Of a stretch of DNA of 64,000 nt, positions 37,009 through 46,049 are shown one piece after another; the first letter of the stretch is position 1; the number at the start of each line of letters is the position of its first letter. The DNA is taken from NCBI GenBank assembly GCA_963661195.1, contig CAVLBD010000007.1, positions 2,963-66,962 on the forward strand, given 5' to 3'. The notes below the pieces were generated by a model. It worked only from the letters and a program-made list of their open reading frames with translations, did no database searches and was not told the DNA's origin. The DNA is from a bacterium. Its GTDB lineage: Bacteria > Bacteroidota > Bacteroidia > Bacteroidales > Bacteroidaceae. The position numbers and the translations under genes were made by a program.

Positions 37009-37614
37009 ATGGACAAAGTAAGCTACGCCCTTGGTTTGGGCATTGGTCAGCAATTGGCTCAGATGGGCGCGACAGAACTTAACATCGATGATTTCGCAGC
37101 AGCGATAAAAGACGTAATCAACGGCAACGAACTAAAGGTATCTCACAAGGATGCGCAAGGTATAGTACAGGACTATTTCCGCCAGCAAGAAGAGCGCATC
37201 AATGCCATACGTGCCGAGCAAGGCAAGGCGGCTAAGGCTGAAGGAGAGAAATATCTGGCTGAAAATGCCAAGAAGGAAGGTGTGGTTACGCTGCCTAGCG
37301 GTTTGCAGTATACCGTGTTGAAAGAAGGCAATGGCAAGAAGCCAAAGGCAGCAGACAAGGTAAAATGCCACTACGAAGGTTTCCTTATCAACGGCCAGGT
37401 GTTTGATAGCAGTGTGCAGCGCGGCGAACCGGCAGTATTCCCACTTAATCAAGTTATAGCAGGATGGACAGAAGGTTTGCAACTGATGCAGGAAGGAGCA
37501 AAATACCGCTTCTTTATACCTTATATCTTAGCTTACGGCGAAAGCGGTGCCGGAAACTCCATACCGCCATTCGCAACTCTTATCTTTGACGTAGAGCTTA
37601 TAGAGGTACTATAA
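37009..37614 (+). CDS. FKBP-type peptidyl-prolyl isomerase (FklB-like, no signal peptide)
   Basis: An N-terminal Mip-type dimerisation helix is followed by the FKBP core ...VKCHYEGFLINGQVFDSS...GWTEGLQLM...IPPFATLIFDVELIEV. Confidence 0.9.
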   Translation: MDKVSYALGLGIGQQLAQMGATELNIDDFAAAIKDVINGNELKVSHKDAQGIVQDYFRQQEERINAIRAEQGKAAKAEGEKYLAENAKKEGVVTLPSGLQYTVLKEGNGKKPKAADKVKCHYEGFLINGQVFDSSVQRGEPAVFPLNQVIAGWTEGLQLMQEGAKYRFFIPYILAYGESGAGNSIPPFATLIFDVELIEVL

Positions 37615-37665
37615 ACAGCAGCCAACAAACTATCAACAGAAAAGCAAATTACAACAAAATAACAG

Positions 37666-38637
37666 ATGAAAAAGATTACAATGCTTGCTGCGGCAGCCAT
37701 AATGGCCGCAGGTTTCGCATCATGCGGCAAGTCGACTCCAAAGGCCGACCTGAAGAACGACGTTGACTCCTTGAGTTATGCCATCGGTGTGGCACAGTCA
37801 AATGGCATAAAGGACTATCTCGCTGGCAACCTCGGTGTAGACACAGCCTATATAGACGAGTTTATAAAAGGCCTTAACGAAGGTGCCAATGCCGGAGATG
37901 ACAAGAAAAAGGCAGCTTATTATGCCGGTATCCAGATAGGACAGCAGATATCAAACCAGATGGTGCGCGGCATCAACAACGAACTCTTTGGCAATGACTC
38001 TACACAGAGCATATCACTGAAAAACTTCATGGCAGGTTTTATCAGCGGAACAACTGGCAAAAAAGGTCTTATGACCATGGAAAAGGCGCAGGAAGTGGCT
38101 CAGCGTAAGATGCAGGAAATAAAGGCTGCATCAATGGAAAAGGAGTATGGGGCCTATAAGAAGCAGAACGAAGCGTTTGTAAAGAAGTATGCAAAGGGTG
38201 CAGACGTGAAGAAGCTAGCCAAAGGTGTATGCTATAAAGTTATAAAGGCAGGTACGGGTGCTGTTCCTACTGAAAATTCCAAGGTAAAGCTCCACTATGA
38301 AGGCAAGACAATTGACGGTAAGGTGTTCGACAGCAGTTACGAGCGTAAGGAACCAACCACATTTAACGTTAATCAGGTAATACCCGGTTTCACAGAAGCC
38401 CTTACACATATGCCCGTAGGTAGCGTGTGGGAAGTGGTGATACCACAGGAGCAAGCTTATGGCGCACGCGAAACAGGCGGAACAATAAAGCCATTCTCTA
38501 CGCTTATCTTTAAGATAGAACTTCTCGGTATAGAGGCTGAAGAAGAAGCAAAGCCTGCACAGCAGCAGCTTACGCCAGAACAGCAGGCTAAGCTAGAGGC
38601 AGCAGTTAAAGCAGCTCAAGCAAAGGGACAGAAATAA
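37666..38637 (+). CDS. FKBP-type peptidyl-prolyl isomerase, lipoprotein (Mip-like)
   Basis: Lipobox ...AAGFASC|GKS. The FKBP core is VKLHYEGKTIDGKVFDSS...IPGFTEAL...STLIFKIELLGI. Confidence 0.9.
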   Translation: MKKITMLAAAAIMAAGFASCGKSTPKADLKNDVDSLSYAIGVAQSNGIKDYLAGNLGVDTAYIDEFIKGLNEGANAGDDKKKAAYYAGIQIGQQISNQMVRGINNELFGNDSTQSISLKNFMAGFISGTTGKKGLMTMEKAQEVAQRKMQEIKAASMEKEYGAYKKQNEAFVKKYAKGADVKKLAKGVCYKVIKAGTGAVPTENSKVKLHYEGKTIDGKVFDSSYERKEPTTFNVNQVIPGFTEALTHMPVGSVWEVVIPQEQAYGARETGGTIKPFSTLIFKIELLGIEAEEEAKPAQQQLTPEQQAKLEAAVKAAQAKGQK

Positions 38638-38722
38638 AAAACATTCATAGAGCAACAACACAAGAGGATTGGGGAAACCTTCATAGGAATTTCTCCAATC
38701 CTGTTTATAAAAGCTATACACA

Positions 38723-39718
38723 ATGATGAAAAAGATAATGATCGTTGCACTCGCTGTTATGGCGAGCAGTGTCTTCACAACGGCTACTGCCGCAAAGAAG
38801 GACAAAAAAGACAAGAAACAACAGCCAACAGAAGTACTTGCACTCCAGAGCCCCGCTGATACAATTAGCTATGCAGCGGGTATGACACGCACGGAAGGAC
38901 TTATGCCCTATCTGCAGCAGAGCTTTGGCGTTACAGAGAAAGATATGCCAGAGTTCATCCGTGGGTATGAAGAAATGATGAAACGTAACTTTGACCAGGA
39001 TTCTAAAGCATATGCTGCCGGACAGCAGATAGCTTTGATGGTTGGCACACGTATGTTGCCATTTGTTAAGAACGACCTCAAGACAGAAAACGATACGATA
39101 AACGACAATCTCTTCCATAAAGGCTTTCTTGCATCGCTTAAAAAAGATGTAACAGTAATGACCGACTCTGTTGCAAAGGTTAAATTCTCTGAAGCAGAGA
39201 AGGCTGCCGCCGACCGCAAGAACATGGAAACAAAGAAGAAAGGCGAGGACTTTCTTGGCAAGAATGCCAAGAAAGAAGGCGTAGTGACCCTTCCTAGTGG
39301 GCTGCAATACAAGGTGATTACAGAAGGAAAGGGCGACAAACCGAAAGAGACGGATCGCGTAGAAGTGAAATACGAGGGCAAGACAATAGATGGCAAGGTG
39401 TTCGACAGCAGCTATAAGCGCAAGCCTGATACCACGACATTCGGCGTTACACAGGTGATAAAGGGATGGACAGAAGCTTTGCAGCTGATGCCTGTAGGAA
39501 GCAAGTGGGAACTTTATATACCATATAATCTGGCATACGGAGAGCGCGGTGCAGGACGTGACATCAAACCTTATGATGCTCTCATCTTTACTGTAGAGTT
39601 GGTAAATATAGTTAATCCAGAAGCAAAGGCAGAGGATAAGGCTGTAGCCAAGACACCTGTTGCAACAAAAGCAGGAGCTAAGAAGACAGCCGTAAAGAAG
39701 GTGGCAAAAAAGAAATAA
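38723..39718 (+). CDS. FKBP-type peptidyl-prolyl isomerase, secreted, with Lys/Ala-rich C-terminal tail
   Basis: A signal peptide is present. The FKBP core is VEVKYEGKTIDGKVFDSS...IKGWTEALQLM...ALIFTVELVNI. A 40-aa tail follows: AKAEDKAVAKTPVATKAGAKKTAVKKVAKKK. Confidence 0.9.
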   Translation: MMKKIMIVALAVMASSVFTTATAAKKDKKDKKQQPTEVLALQSPADTISYAAGMTRTEGLMPYLQQSFGVTEKDMPEFIRGYEEMMKRNFDQDSKAYAAGQQIALMVGTRMLPFVKNDLKTENDTINDNLFHKGFLASLKKDVTVMTDSVAKVKFSEAEKAAADRKNMETKKKGEDFLGKNAKKEGVVTLPSGLQYKVITEGKGDKPKETDRVEVKYEGKTIDGKVFDSSYKRKPDTTTFGVTQVIKGWTEALQLMPVGSKWELYIPYNLAYGERGAGRDIKPYDALIFTVELVNIVNPEAKAEDKAVAKTPVATKAGAKKTAVKKVAKKK

Positions 39719-39812
39719 CCCAACGCCAGTATCAGCAATAAAATATCTTCCAAACGAAGTAGTCGTGGAGAGATAATCATAATGTATAGCTCAGATGCGA
39801 AAGTGTCTGGGC

Positions 39813-39820
39813 TATTTTTG
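39813..39820 (+). promoter_or_regulatory. -7 box TAttTTTG, candidate lrp promoter (long leader)
   Basis: This is the only exact TAnnTTTG in the 362-nt spacer before lrp. It lies 261 nt upstream of the ATG at 40081. Confidence 0.3.
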
Positions 39821-39927
39821 CATGTGATAAACCTTGGAAATACCAATTTGTTCGTGTATATCCATTTTTTAACATCAAATTGTTGTGTGTGTAATAAAAA
39901 ACAACTAATTTTGCTTACTCTTTTAAT

Positions 39928-39979
39928 ACACAACGACTTGCCGCTGTTCTTTTTGTCAGTAGGAGGCAAAGTCGTGTGG
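39928..39979 (+). other. Imperfect long hairpin in the lrp 5' region
   Basis: ACACAACGACTTGCC (39928-39942) pairs with GGCAAAGTCGTGTG (39965-39978) with two single-nt bulges. No U-run follows it. Confidence 0.3.
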
Positions 39980-40080
39980 GCATGCAGTGTTAGAGTTGTA
40001 GAAAGCAGAATAGTGTGCAACACTAAAAGGTAAAGAGAAAACGTTAGGCAAAAAGAACAGGAAAAACGATAAAACAAGAT

Positions 40081-40599
40081 ATGGAAAAAATAGACAGACT
40101 TGACAAGAAGATACTTAGCATCTTGTCGAAGAACGCACGAATGCCCTTCAAAGATGTGGCAGCAGAATGTAACGTTTCGCGCGCAGCTATTCACCAGCGT
40201 GTGCAACACTTGACAGAAGACGGGGTAATTACTGGTAGCAAATTTGACGTAAATCCAAAAAGTCTCGGCTTTTCAACGTGTACATACGTAGGCATAACAC
40301 TCGAGAAGGGCAGTATGTATAAGCAAGTCGTGGAGCAATTGGAACACATACCTGAAATAGTGGAATGTCATTTCACAACAGGACCATATACGATGCTTGT
40401 AAAATTGTATGCAAAGGACAATGGTCAGTTGATGGATCTTCTAAACAATCAATTGCAGGAAATACCTGGAGTGGTGGCTACAGAAACGCTTATCTCGCTT
40501 GAACAGAGTATAAAGAGAGAAATTCCTATAGCAGCAAAAGATATAGAAGGCGCAGCTCCGAGAAGAAGAGCAAGACAGGAAGAGGAAGATATAGACTGA
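40081..40599 (+). CDS. Lrp/AsnC-family transcriptional regulator
   Basis: The HTH is LDKKILSILSKNARMPFKDVAAECNVSRAAIHQRV. An RAM/ACT-like C-domain follows, with an extra charged tail RRRARQEEEDID. Confidence 0.9.
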   Translation: MEKIDRLDKKILSILSKNARMPFKDVAAECNVSRAAIHQRVQHLTEDGVITGSKFDVNPKSLGFSTCTYVGITLEKGSMYKQVVEQLEHIPEIVECHFTTGPYTMLVKLYAKDNGQLMDLLNNQLQEIPGVVATETLISLEQSIKREIPIAAKDIEGAAPRRRARQEEEDID

Positions 40600-40633
40600 T
40601 CTTATTGTATCGTTTACCGATAGAAGATATAAA

Positions 40634-40661
40634 CCGCCCCATCGTCAACACGGTGGGGCGG
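40634..40661 (+). terminator. GC-rich hairpin after lrp (weak terminator, no U-run)
   Basis: CCGCCCCA (40634-40641) / TGGGGCGG (40654-40661). Confidence 0.3.
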
Positions 40662-40701
40662 AAAGGAATAAACCAACCAATGTGTGGCTCTGCACTAATA
40701 A

Positions 40702-42537
40702 GTGGGGCAGAGGAAAGAAAATATCATTAAATCTAGGAGACAAGACGTGGAACCATTTGATTTCCAGTCGCGCCTGAACGGCATATATACAAAGTATCCC
40801 GAGGCGAAGAGTAAACCGGTTATAGGTATAACCGGAAACTTTGCTGATGGCAATGCGGCTCTTGCCGAACCATATTACATGGCGGTAGTAAAAGCAGGCG
40901 GAGTGCCTGTTATTATGCCACCTGTAAACGATACCGATGTTATTATTGACACTCTTGACACGATTGACGGCTTGTTGCTCTCAGGTGGAGGCGATTTCAA
41001 TCCTTTGTGGTGTGGAGAAGAGCCTGTACAGGCATTGCATGGCATAAATTCACACCGCGACCTTCCGGAATTGCTCACCGTACAATTGGCATATAACAGG
41101 CAGATACCAATGCTTGGCATCTGTCGTGGAATACAAACTCTTGCCATGGCATTGGGCGGAAAGGTAAGACAGGATATCGGAACGTGTGGCGTGGATGACA
41201 ATGACCATAAAAGGACAGAACGCATCAAACACAGTCAGGATGCAGAAAGGCGTAGTGAGCCAACACATTCCGTAGAATTGGAAACGGGCTCACTGTTGCG
41301 TAAGATATATGGTAAGGAGCGCATCTATGTTAACTCCTTTCATCATCAAGCGGTGGGAAACTGCGGACGACGTTTCAATCCTTCAGCATTCGCAGCGGAC
41401 GGCGTGATAGAAGCTATGGAAAGCAGCGAATATAAGTCTATACTTGGAGTGCAGTGGCATCCAGAATGGTTGGATGACGGTTTGCCGTTGTTCAAATGGC
41501 TTGTGGAAAGTGCGGTGGAATTTCGTGAAGCAAAGGAAATTCACAAAAACACTATAACGCTAGATTCTCACTGTGATACACCGATGTTCTTTCCTGAAGG
41601 CATACATTTTGAATGGAGAGACAGCCGCATACTTGTAGACCTCCACAAAATGGGGGACGGAAGGCAGGATGCCGTGACTATGGTGGCTTATCTTCCGCAG
41701 CCTAAACCAGGGCAATCATTCAAAGAAATAGCCCAGTTCCCAGTAGATACCCCTACTGAATATGCAGATCTTATATTTGACAAGATTGAAGAGATCGTTG
41801 ACAGAAACAGTAAAGTAGTGTCAATAGCACGCACACCCCTTGATGTGTTCAACGATAAGCGTGCTGGGCGTAAGTCAATAATGCTCGGCATAGAAAATGG
41901 ACTTGCCTTGGGTGATGATATTCTTAATGTGGAGCATTTTGCGAAAAGGGGAGTTGTATATATAACTTTATGTCATAACGGCGACAATTCCATTTGCGAT
42001 AGTGCCCGACGTAGCGAGGGCACCAACGGTGGAGTGAGCGTTTGGGGGCAAAAGGTTATCAATGAGATGAACAGGCTAGGCATTATGGTAGACCTAAGCC
42101 ATGCCGGGGAAAAGAGTTTCTATGATGCTCTTGAAATAAGCGAGACACCAATAGTGTGCAGTCATAGCAATTGCAAAGCGTTATGTGACGTGCCACGTAA
42201 TTTAACGGATGAACAGTTGACAGCATTGGCCCGTAAGGGTGGAGTGGCACAGATAACTCTTTATAATGGATTCCTGAGAAATGATGATCAGGAGGCCTCC
42301 ATTATTGATGCCATGAACCATTTGGACCATGCCGTAGACATTATGGGAATAGACTGCGTGGGGCTGGGGACTGATTTTGATGGTGACGGTGGCGTATGTG
42401 GAATAGCAGATTCGTCGGAACTTATAAACTTCACAGTTCAATTGCTGCGACGTAGGTATTCGCGTAGCGATATAGGGAAATTGTGGGGTGGAAATTGGCT
42501 TAGAGTAATGAAAAGCGTTCAGGAACATAAATATTAG
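40702..42537 (+). CDS. Fusion protein: class-I glutamine amidotransferase / peptidase C26 (PuuD-like gamma-glutamyl hydrolase) plus M19 membrane-dipeptidase-like domain
   Basis: The N-domain has GICRGIQ (nucleophile Cys) and VQWHPE (His/Glu). The C-domain has DSHCDTP, LCHNGDN, VDLSHAGEKSF, CSHSN and GTDFDGDG, which are the M19 zinc-ligand motifs. The listed start is a GTG and no in-frame ATG occurs before residue ~60, so the exact start is uncertain. Confidence 0.85.
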   Translation: MGQRKENIIKSRRQDVEPFDFQSRLNGIYTKYPEAKSKPVIGITGNFADGNAALAEPYYMAVVKAGGVPVIMPPVNDTDVIIDTLDTIDGLLLSGGGDFNPLWCGEEPVQALHGINSHRDLPELLTVQLAYNRQIPMLGICRGIQTLAMALGGKVRQDIGTCGVDDNDHKRTERIKHSQDAERRSEPTHSVELETGSLLRKIYGKERIYVNSFHHQAVGNCGRRFNPSAFAADGVIEAMESSEYKSILGVQWHPEWLDDGLPLFKWLVESAVEFREAKEIHKNTITLDSHCDTPMFFPEGIHFEWRDSRILVDLHKMGDGRQDAVTMVAYLPQPKPGQSFKEIAQFPVDTPTEYADLIFDKIEEIVDRNSKVVSIARTPLDVFNDKRAGRKSIMLGIENGLALGDDILNVEHFAKRGVVYITLCHNGDNSICDSARRSEGTNGGVSVWGQKVINEMNRLGIMVDLSHAGEKSFYDALEISETPIVCSHSNCKALCDVPRNLTDEQLTALARKGGVAQITLYNGFLRNDDQEASIIDAMNHLDHAVDIMGIDCVGLGTDFDGDGGVCGIADSSELINFTVQLLRRRYSRSDIGKLWGGNWLRVMKSVQEHKY

Positions 42538-42545
42538 ACAATCGT

Positions 42546-43538
42546 ATGCAAAAAAAAGTAACGGCAATATTTTGGGCTATAGTAGTGTTATTTTCTTTGA
42601 CCTCATGTAAAAGTACAAAAAAAGTAGATATGGAACAGGCTATGCCTGTAGGACCTGAGTTCTGTGCTGACTCAGCCTATGCCTTTTGCGAAAAGCAATG
42701 TGAATTCGGCCCGCGTACGATGAATAGCGATGCCCACGAGAAATGTGCACGCTGGATTATCGACAAGTTCAAACAATACGGATGCTCCGTAACGGAACAG
42801 GATGCAGATTTGAAAGGATACGACGGTACGACACTCAAGTCAAAGAACATAATTGCAAGCTATAAGCCAGAGATTACTACACGCATATTGCTTTGCGCTC
42901 ATTACGATTGCCGGCCTTGGGCAGACAACGACCCAGACAGCACGAACTGGAAAAAACCGGTGTTGGCGGCCAATGACGGCGCAAGTGGAGTAGGAGTTAT
43001 GCTTGAGATTGCCAGGCTTCTTCAAAAAGCTGATTCGTTGAAGGTGGGGGTTGATTTCGTATGCTTTGACGCTGAAGACTGGGGCACTCCTAATTGGAGC
43101 GACGTTGAGGACAATGGTGACTCGTTTGCGCTAGGTGCCCAATATTGGGCCGCAAATCCTCACAAGCCAGGCTATGAGGCACGTTTTGGAATTCTACTAG
43201 ATATGGTAGGAGGTGCAGGGGCACGGTTCTATCAGGAGGGTATGTCGAAGCAATATGCCCAACCGATAGTGGATAAAGTGTGGAAATCTGCGCGTGTGGC
43301 AGGCTTTGAATCCTTCTTCCCGAACGAGCAGGGAGGATTTATTACTGACGACCATATCCCTGTAAACCAAAAGGCACACATCCCGACAGTAGATATAATA
43401 GCATACTATCCCGACTGCCAGCAAAGTAGCTTCGGCCCGACTTGGCATACAGTGAGCGACACTATGGACAACATCGACCGCAATACGCTAAAAGCAGTCG
43501 GTCAGACTGTTGTGCAAGTTCTCTTCTCAGAAATATAA
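42546..43538 (+). CDS. Glutaminyl-peptide cyclotransferase (animal-type QC, M28 fold), lipoprotein
   Basis: Lipobox LFSLTSC|KS. FCADSAYAF...QCEFGPR, NIIASYKPE, LLCAHYDCRPWAD, NDGASGVGVMLEIARLL, FDAEDWG, GILLDMVG, ITDDHIPV and WHT are co-linear with the Porphyromonas gingivalis type-II QC as I remember it. Confidence 0.8.
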   Translation: MQKKVTAIFWAIVVLFSLTSCKSTKKVDMEQAMPVGPEFCADSAYAFCEKQCEFGPRTMNSDAHEKCARWIIDKFKQYGCSVTEQDADLKGYDGTTLKSKNIIASYKPEITTRILLCAHYDCRPWADNDPDSTNWKKPVLAANDGASGVGVMLEIARLLQKADSLKVGVDFVCFDAEDWGTPNWSDVEDNGDSFALGAQYWAANPHKPGYEARFGILLDMVGGAGARFYQEGMSKQYAQPIVDKVWKSARVAGFESFFPNEQGGFITDDHIPVNQKAHIPTVDIIAYYPDCQQSSFGPTWHTVSDTMDNIDRNTLKAVGQTVVQVLFSEI

Positions 43539-43565
43539 TATCATCAATAAACAAAAAATATCATC

Positions 43566-44198
43566 ATGGACTCACAGAAAAAAGTATTTGCTTCAAAACT
43601 CCTTAAGGTAAAGGCTATAAAATTGCAGCCGGATAATCCTTTTACATGGGCTTCTGGGTGGAAATCACCATTTTACTGCGACAACCGCAAGACTCTTTCT
43701 TATCCAGAACTAAGAAACTATGTAAAGTTAGAACTTGTGCATGCCGTGCTGGAACATTTCCCCGAGGCTGAGGCTGTAGCAGGTGTAGCAACTGGAGCAA
43801 TAGCACAGGGTGCACTCGTGGCAGATGAGCTTAATTTGCCTTTTGTTTACGTGCGCAGTAAGCCAAAAGACCACGGACTTGAAAATCTTATTGAAGGCGA
43901 ATTGACTCCAGGAATGAAGGTTGTAGTGATTGAAGACCTTATATCAACGGGCGGATCATCGCTTAAGGCGGTTGAGGCTATACGCAAGAACTGTTGTGAG
44001 GTTATAGGCATGGTGGCTTCATATACTTACGGTTTCGATGTTGCAAAGAACGCTTTCGATGAGGCGGGAGTGAAACTTGTTACACTCACTGACTATGAAC
44101 ATGTTGTGGAAGAAGCCAAGGAAATAGGATATATAAAGCCTGAACATGTGGAATTGCTACACGAGTGGCGTAAGGACCCTGCAAACTGGAACAAGTAA
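43566..44198 (+). CDS. pyrE: Orotate phosphoribosyltransferase
   Basis: FTWASGWKSPFYCDNR, and the PRPP loop VVVIEDLISTGGSS. Confidence 0.95.
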   Translation: MDSQKKVFASKLLKVKAIKLQPDNPFTWASGWKSPFYCDNRKTLSYPELRNYVKLELVHAVLEHFPEAEAVAGVATGAIAQGALVADELNLPFVYVRSKPKDHGLENLIEGELTPGMKVVVIEDLISTGGSSLKAVEAIRKNCCEVIGMVASYTYGFDVAKNAFDEAGVKLVTLTDYEHVVEEAKEIGYIKPEHVELLHEWRKDPANWNK

Positions 44199-44620
44199 TG
44201 AGTAAGTTTGAAAGCGGAATCAAGCATATACCCTATTCACAAAAGGCGGTTTATGCAACGCTCAGTGACTTGAGCAACATAGAAAAAGTTCGTGATAGAT
44301 TGCCAGAAGACAAGGTGAAAGATCTTGCTTTTGACAGAGATAGCATAAGCATCAGCGCACCTATGGGAAGTGTTTCCATGAGAATCATGGAGCGTGAAGA
44401 ACCGAAATGCATAAAGTTTGCAACCGAGAACTCACCCGTAGCCGCTAACCTTTGGATTCAAATCGTGCCCGAAGGTGATAACGCATGTAAGATGCGTCTG
44501 ACTATAAAGGCTGACATTAATCCATTCATAAAGGCAATGGTGTCAAAGCCGTTGCAGGAAGGTATAGAGAAAATTGCAGATGTGCTGTCAATGATTCCTT
44601 ACGGACAGATTGCAGAATGA
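44198..44620 (+). CDS. SRPBCC (START/Bet v1-like) family protein
   Basis: The 140-aa ORF has the helix-grip-like pattern and overlaps pyrE by 1 nt (TAATG). Confidence 0.55.
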   Translation: MSKFESGIKHIPYSQKAVYATLSDLSNIEKVRDRLPEDKVKDLAFDRDSISISAPMGSVSMRIMEREEPKCIKFATENSPVAANLWIQIVPEGDNACKMRLTIKADINPFIKAMVSKPLQEGIEKIADVLSMIPYGQIAE

Positions 44621-44672
44621 TGAATTGATACACGCATTGTCCGCTAGGTGGACTTTTGTAAAAACGTATAAG

Positions 44673-46013
44673 ATGAACAAACTTTGGGAAAAGAACTTTG
44701 AAATAAACAAGGAGATTGAACGTTTTACTGTTGGACGTGATCGCGAGATGGACCTCTTTCTTGCTAAATACGATGTGCTCGGGTCTATGGCACATATAAC
44801 CATGCTGGAAAGTATCGGGCTTTTGGAAAAAGAAGAACTGAAGTCATTACTCGCTGAACTGCGTAATATCTATCACACTTGCGAGGAAGGAAAATTTGTG
44901 ATAGAGGAAGGTGTTGAAGATGTCCATTCTCAAGTGGAACTAATGCTAACCCGCAAGCTCGGCAATATGGGTAAGAAAATCCATAGTGGGCGCTCGCGTA
45001 ATGATCAAGTGCTTGTTGACTTGAAATTGCGTTGCAGGCATGATATTCGACGTATAGTAGAAGGTGTGAAGGTCCTTTTCGATGAGTTGCTGCAGAAAGG
45101 TGAACAGTATAAAGATGTGCTTATGCCAGGATATACTCATCTTCAAGTGGCAATGCCTAGTTCGTTCGGACTTTGGTTCGGAGCTTATGCCGAAAGTTTG
45201 ACAGACGACATCCTTATGCTTCAAGCCGCTTATCGACAGACAAATCGCAATCCGCTCGGGTCGGCTGCAGGTTATGGAAGTTCATTCCCGCTTGATCGTG
45301 AGATGACTACGCGTTTGTTGGGCTTCGAATCAATGGCTTACAATGTAGTTTATGCCCAAATGGGACGTGGAAAGATGGAACGCAACGTTGCCTTTGCACT
45401 TGCGTCAGTTGCGGGGACAATGGCAAAGATGGCCTTCGATGCATGCATGTTCAACAGTCAGAATTTCTCTTTTGTAAAGCTTCCCAAAGAGTGTACTACT
45501 GGCAGTAGTATAATGCCGCATAAGAAAAATCCCGATGTGTTTGAGCTTATACGTGCAAAATGCAACAAGATACAGGGACTTCCGCAACAGATAACTTTGA
45601 TAATGAATAACCTTCCTTGTGGCTACTTCCGTGACTTGCAGATTATCAAAGAGATATTTTTGCCAGCATTCGACGAACTTGCTGATTGTCTTGCTATGGC
45701 GGCATATATTATAAATAAGATAGAGGTGAACGATAAAATACTAGATAATCCGATGTACGACCCAATATTCTCGGTAGAAGAGGTTAACAAACTAGCTGCA
45801 AGCGGTATGCCTTTCCGTGATGCGTACAAGAAAGTTGGATTGGAAATAGAAGAGGGAAAATTCGTTCCGTGCAAGGAAATTCACCATACCCATGCTGGAA
45901 GCATAGGAAACCTTTGCAACGACCGTATTGGGGCCATGATGGAGAAACTTGTCTCAGACTTTAATTTTATGCAGGCAGAGCAGGCAGAGCGTACTCTCGT
46001 GGAAGGAAAGTGA
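44673..46013 (+). CDS. argH: Argininosuccinate lyase
   Basis: The start is set at MNKLWEKNF... (Met22 of the listed ORF). It carries the fumarate-lyase signature GSSIMPHKKNPD and HSGRSRNDQV. Confidence 0.95.
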   Translation: MNKLWEKNFEINKEIERFTVGRDREMDLFLAKYDVLGSMAHITMLESIGLLEKEELKSLLAELRNIYHTCEEGKFVIEEGVEDVHSQVELMLTRKLGNMGKKIHSGRSRNDQVLVDLKLRCRHDIRRIVEGVKVLFDELLQKGEQYKDVLMPGYTHLQVAMPSSFGLWFGAYAESLTDDILMLQAAYRQTNRNPLGSAAGYGSSFPLDREMTTRLLGFESMAYNVVYAQMGRGKMERNVAFALASVAGTMAKMAFDACMFNSQNFSFVKLPKECTTGSSIMPHKKNPDVFELIRAKCNKIQGLPQQITLIMNNLPCGYFRDLQIIKEIFLPAFDELADCLAMAAYIINKIEVNDKILDNPMYDPIFSVEEVNKLAASGMPFRDAYKKVGLEIEEGKFVPCKEIHHTHAGSIGNLCNDRIGAMMEKLVSDFNFMQAEQAERTLVEGK

Positions 46014-46049
46014 TGTTTTTTTCATGTGTGTGTTTTCAAAAATCTAAAA

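Noticed and set aside
38714-40209. Minus-strand ORFs 38714..39307 (197 aa), 38908..39396 (162 aa) and 39571..40209 (212 aa)
   Set aside because: They are antisense to the third FKBP gene or run across the FKBP-lrp spacer into the lrp 5' end. The translations are Cys/Phe/Leu-rich junk, and the plus-strand genes have unambiguous FKBP and Lrp motifs.
42550-42557. A8 tract just after the glutaminyl cyclase start codon as a slipped-strand phase-variation site (also the A9 at 30831-30839)
   Set aside because: The tract simply encodes Lys-Lys in the n-region of a signal peptide, which is very common in AT-rich Bacteroidales. It is short for a contingency locus, and the intergenic A9 has no obvious relation to promoter spacing.
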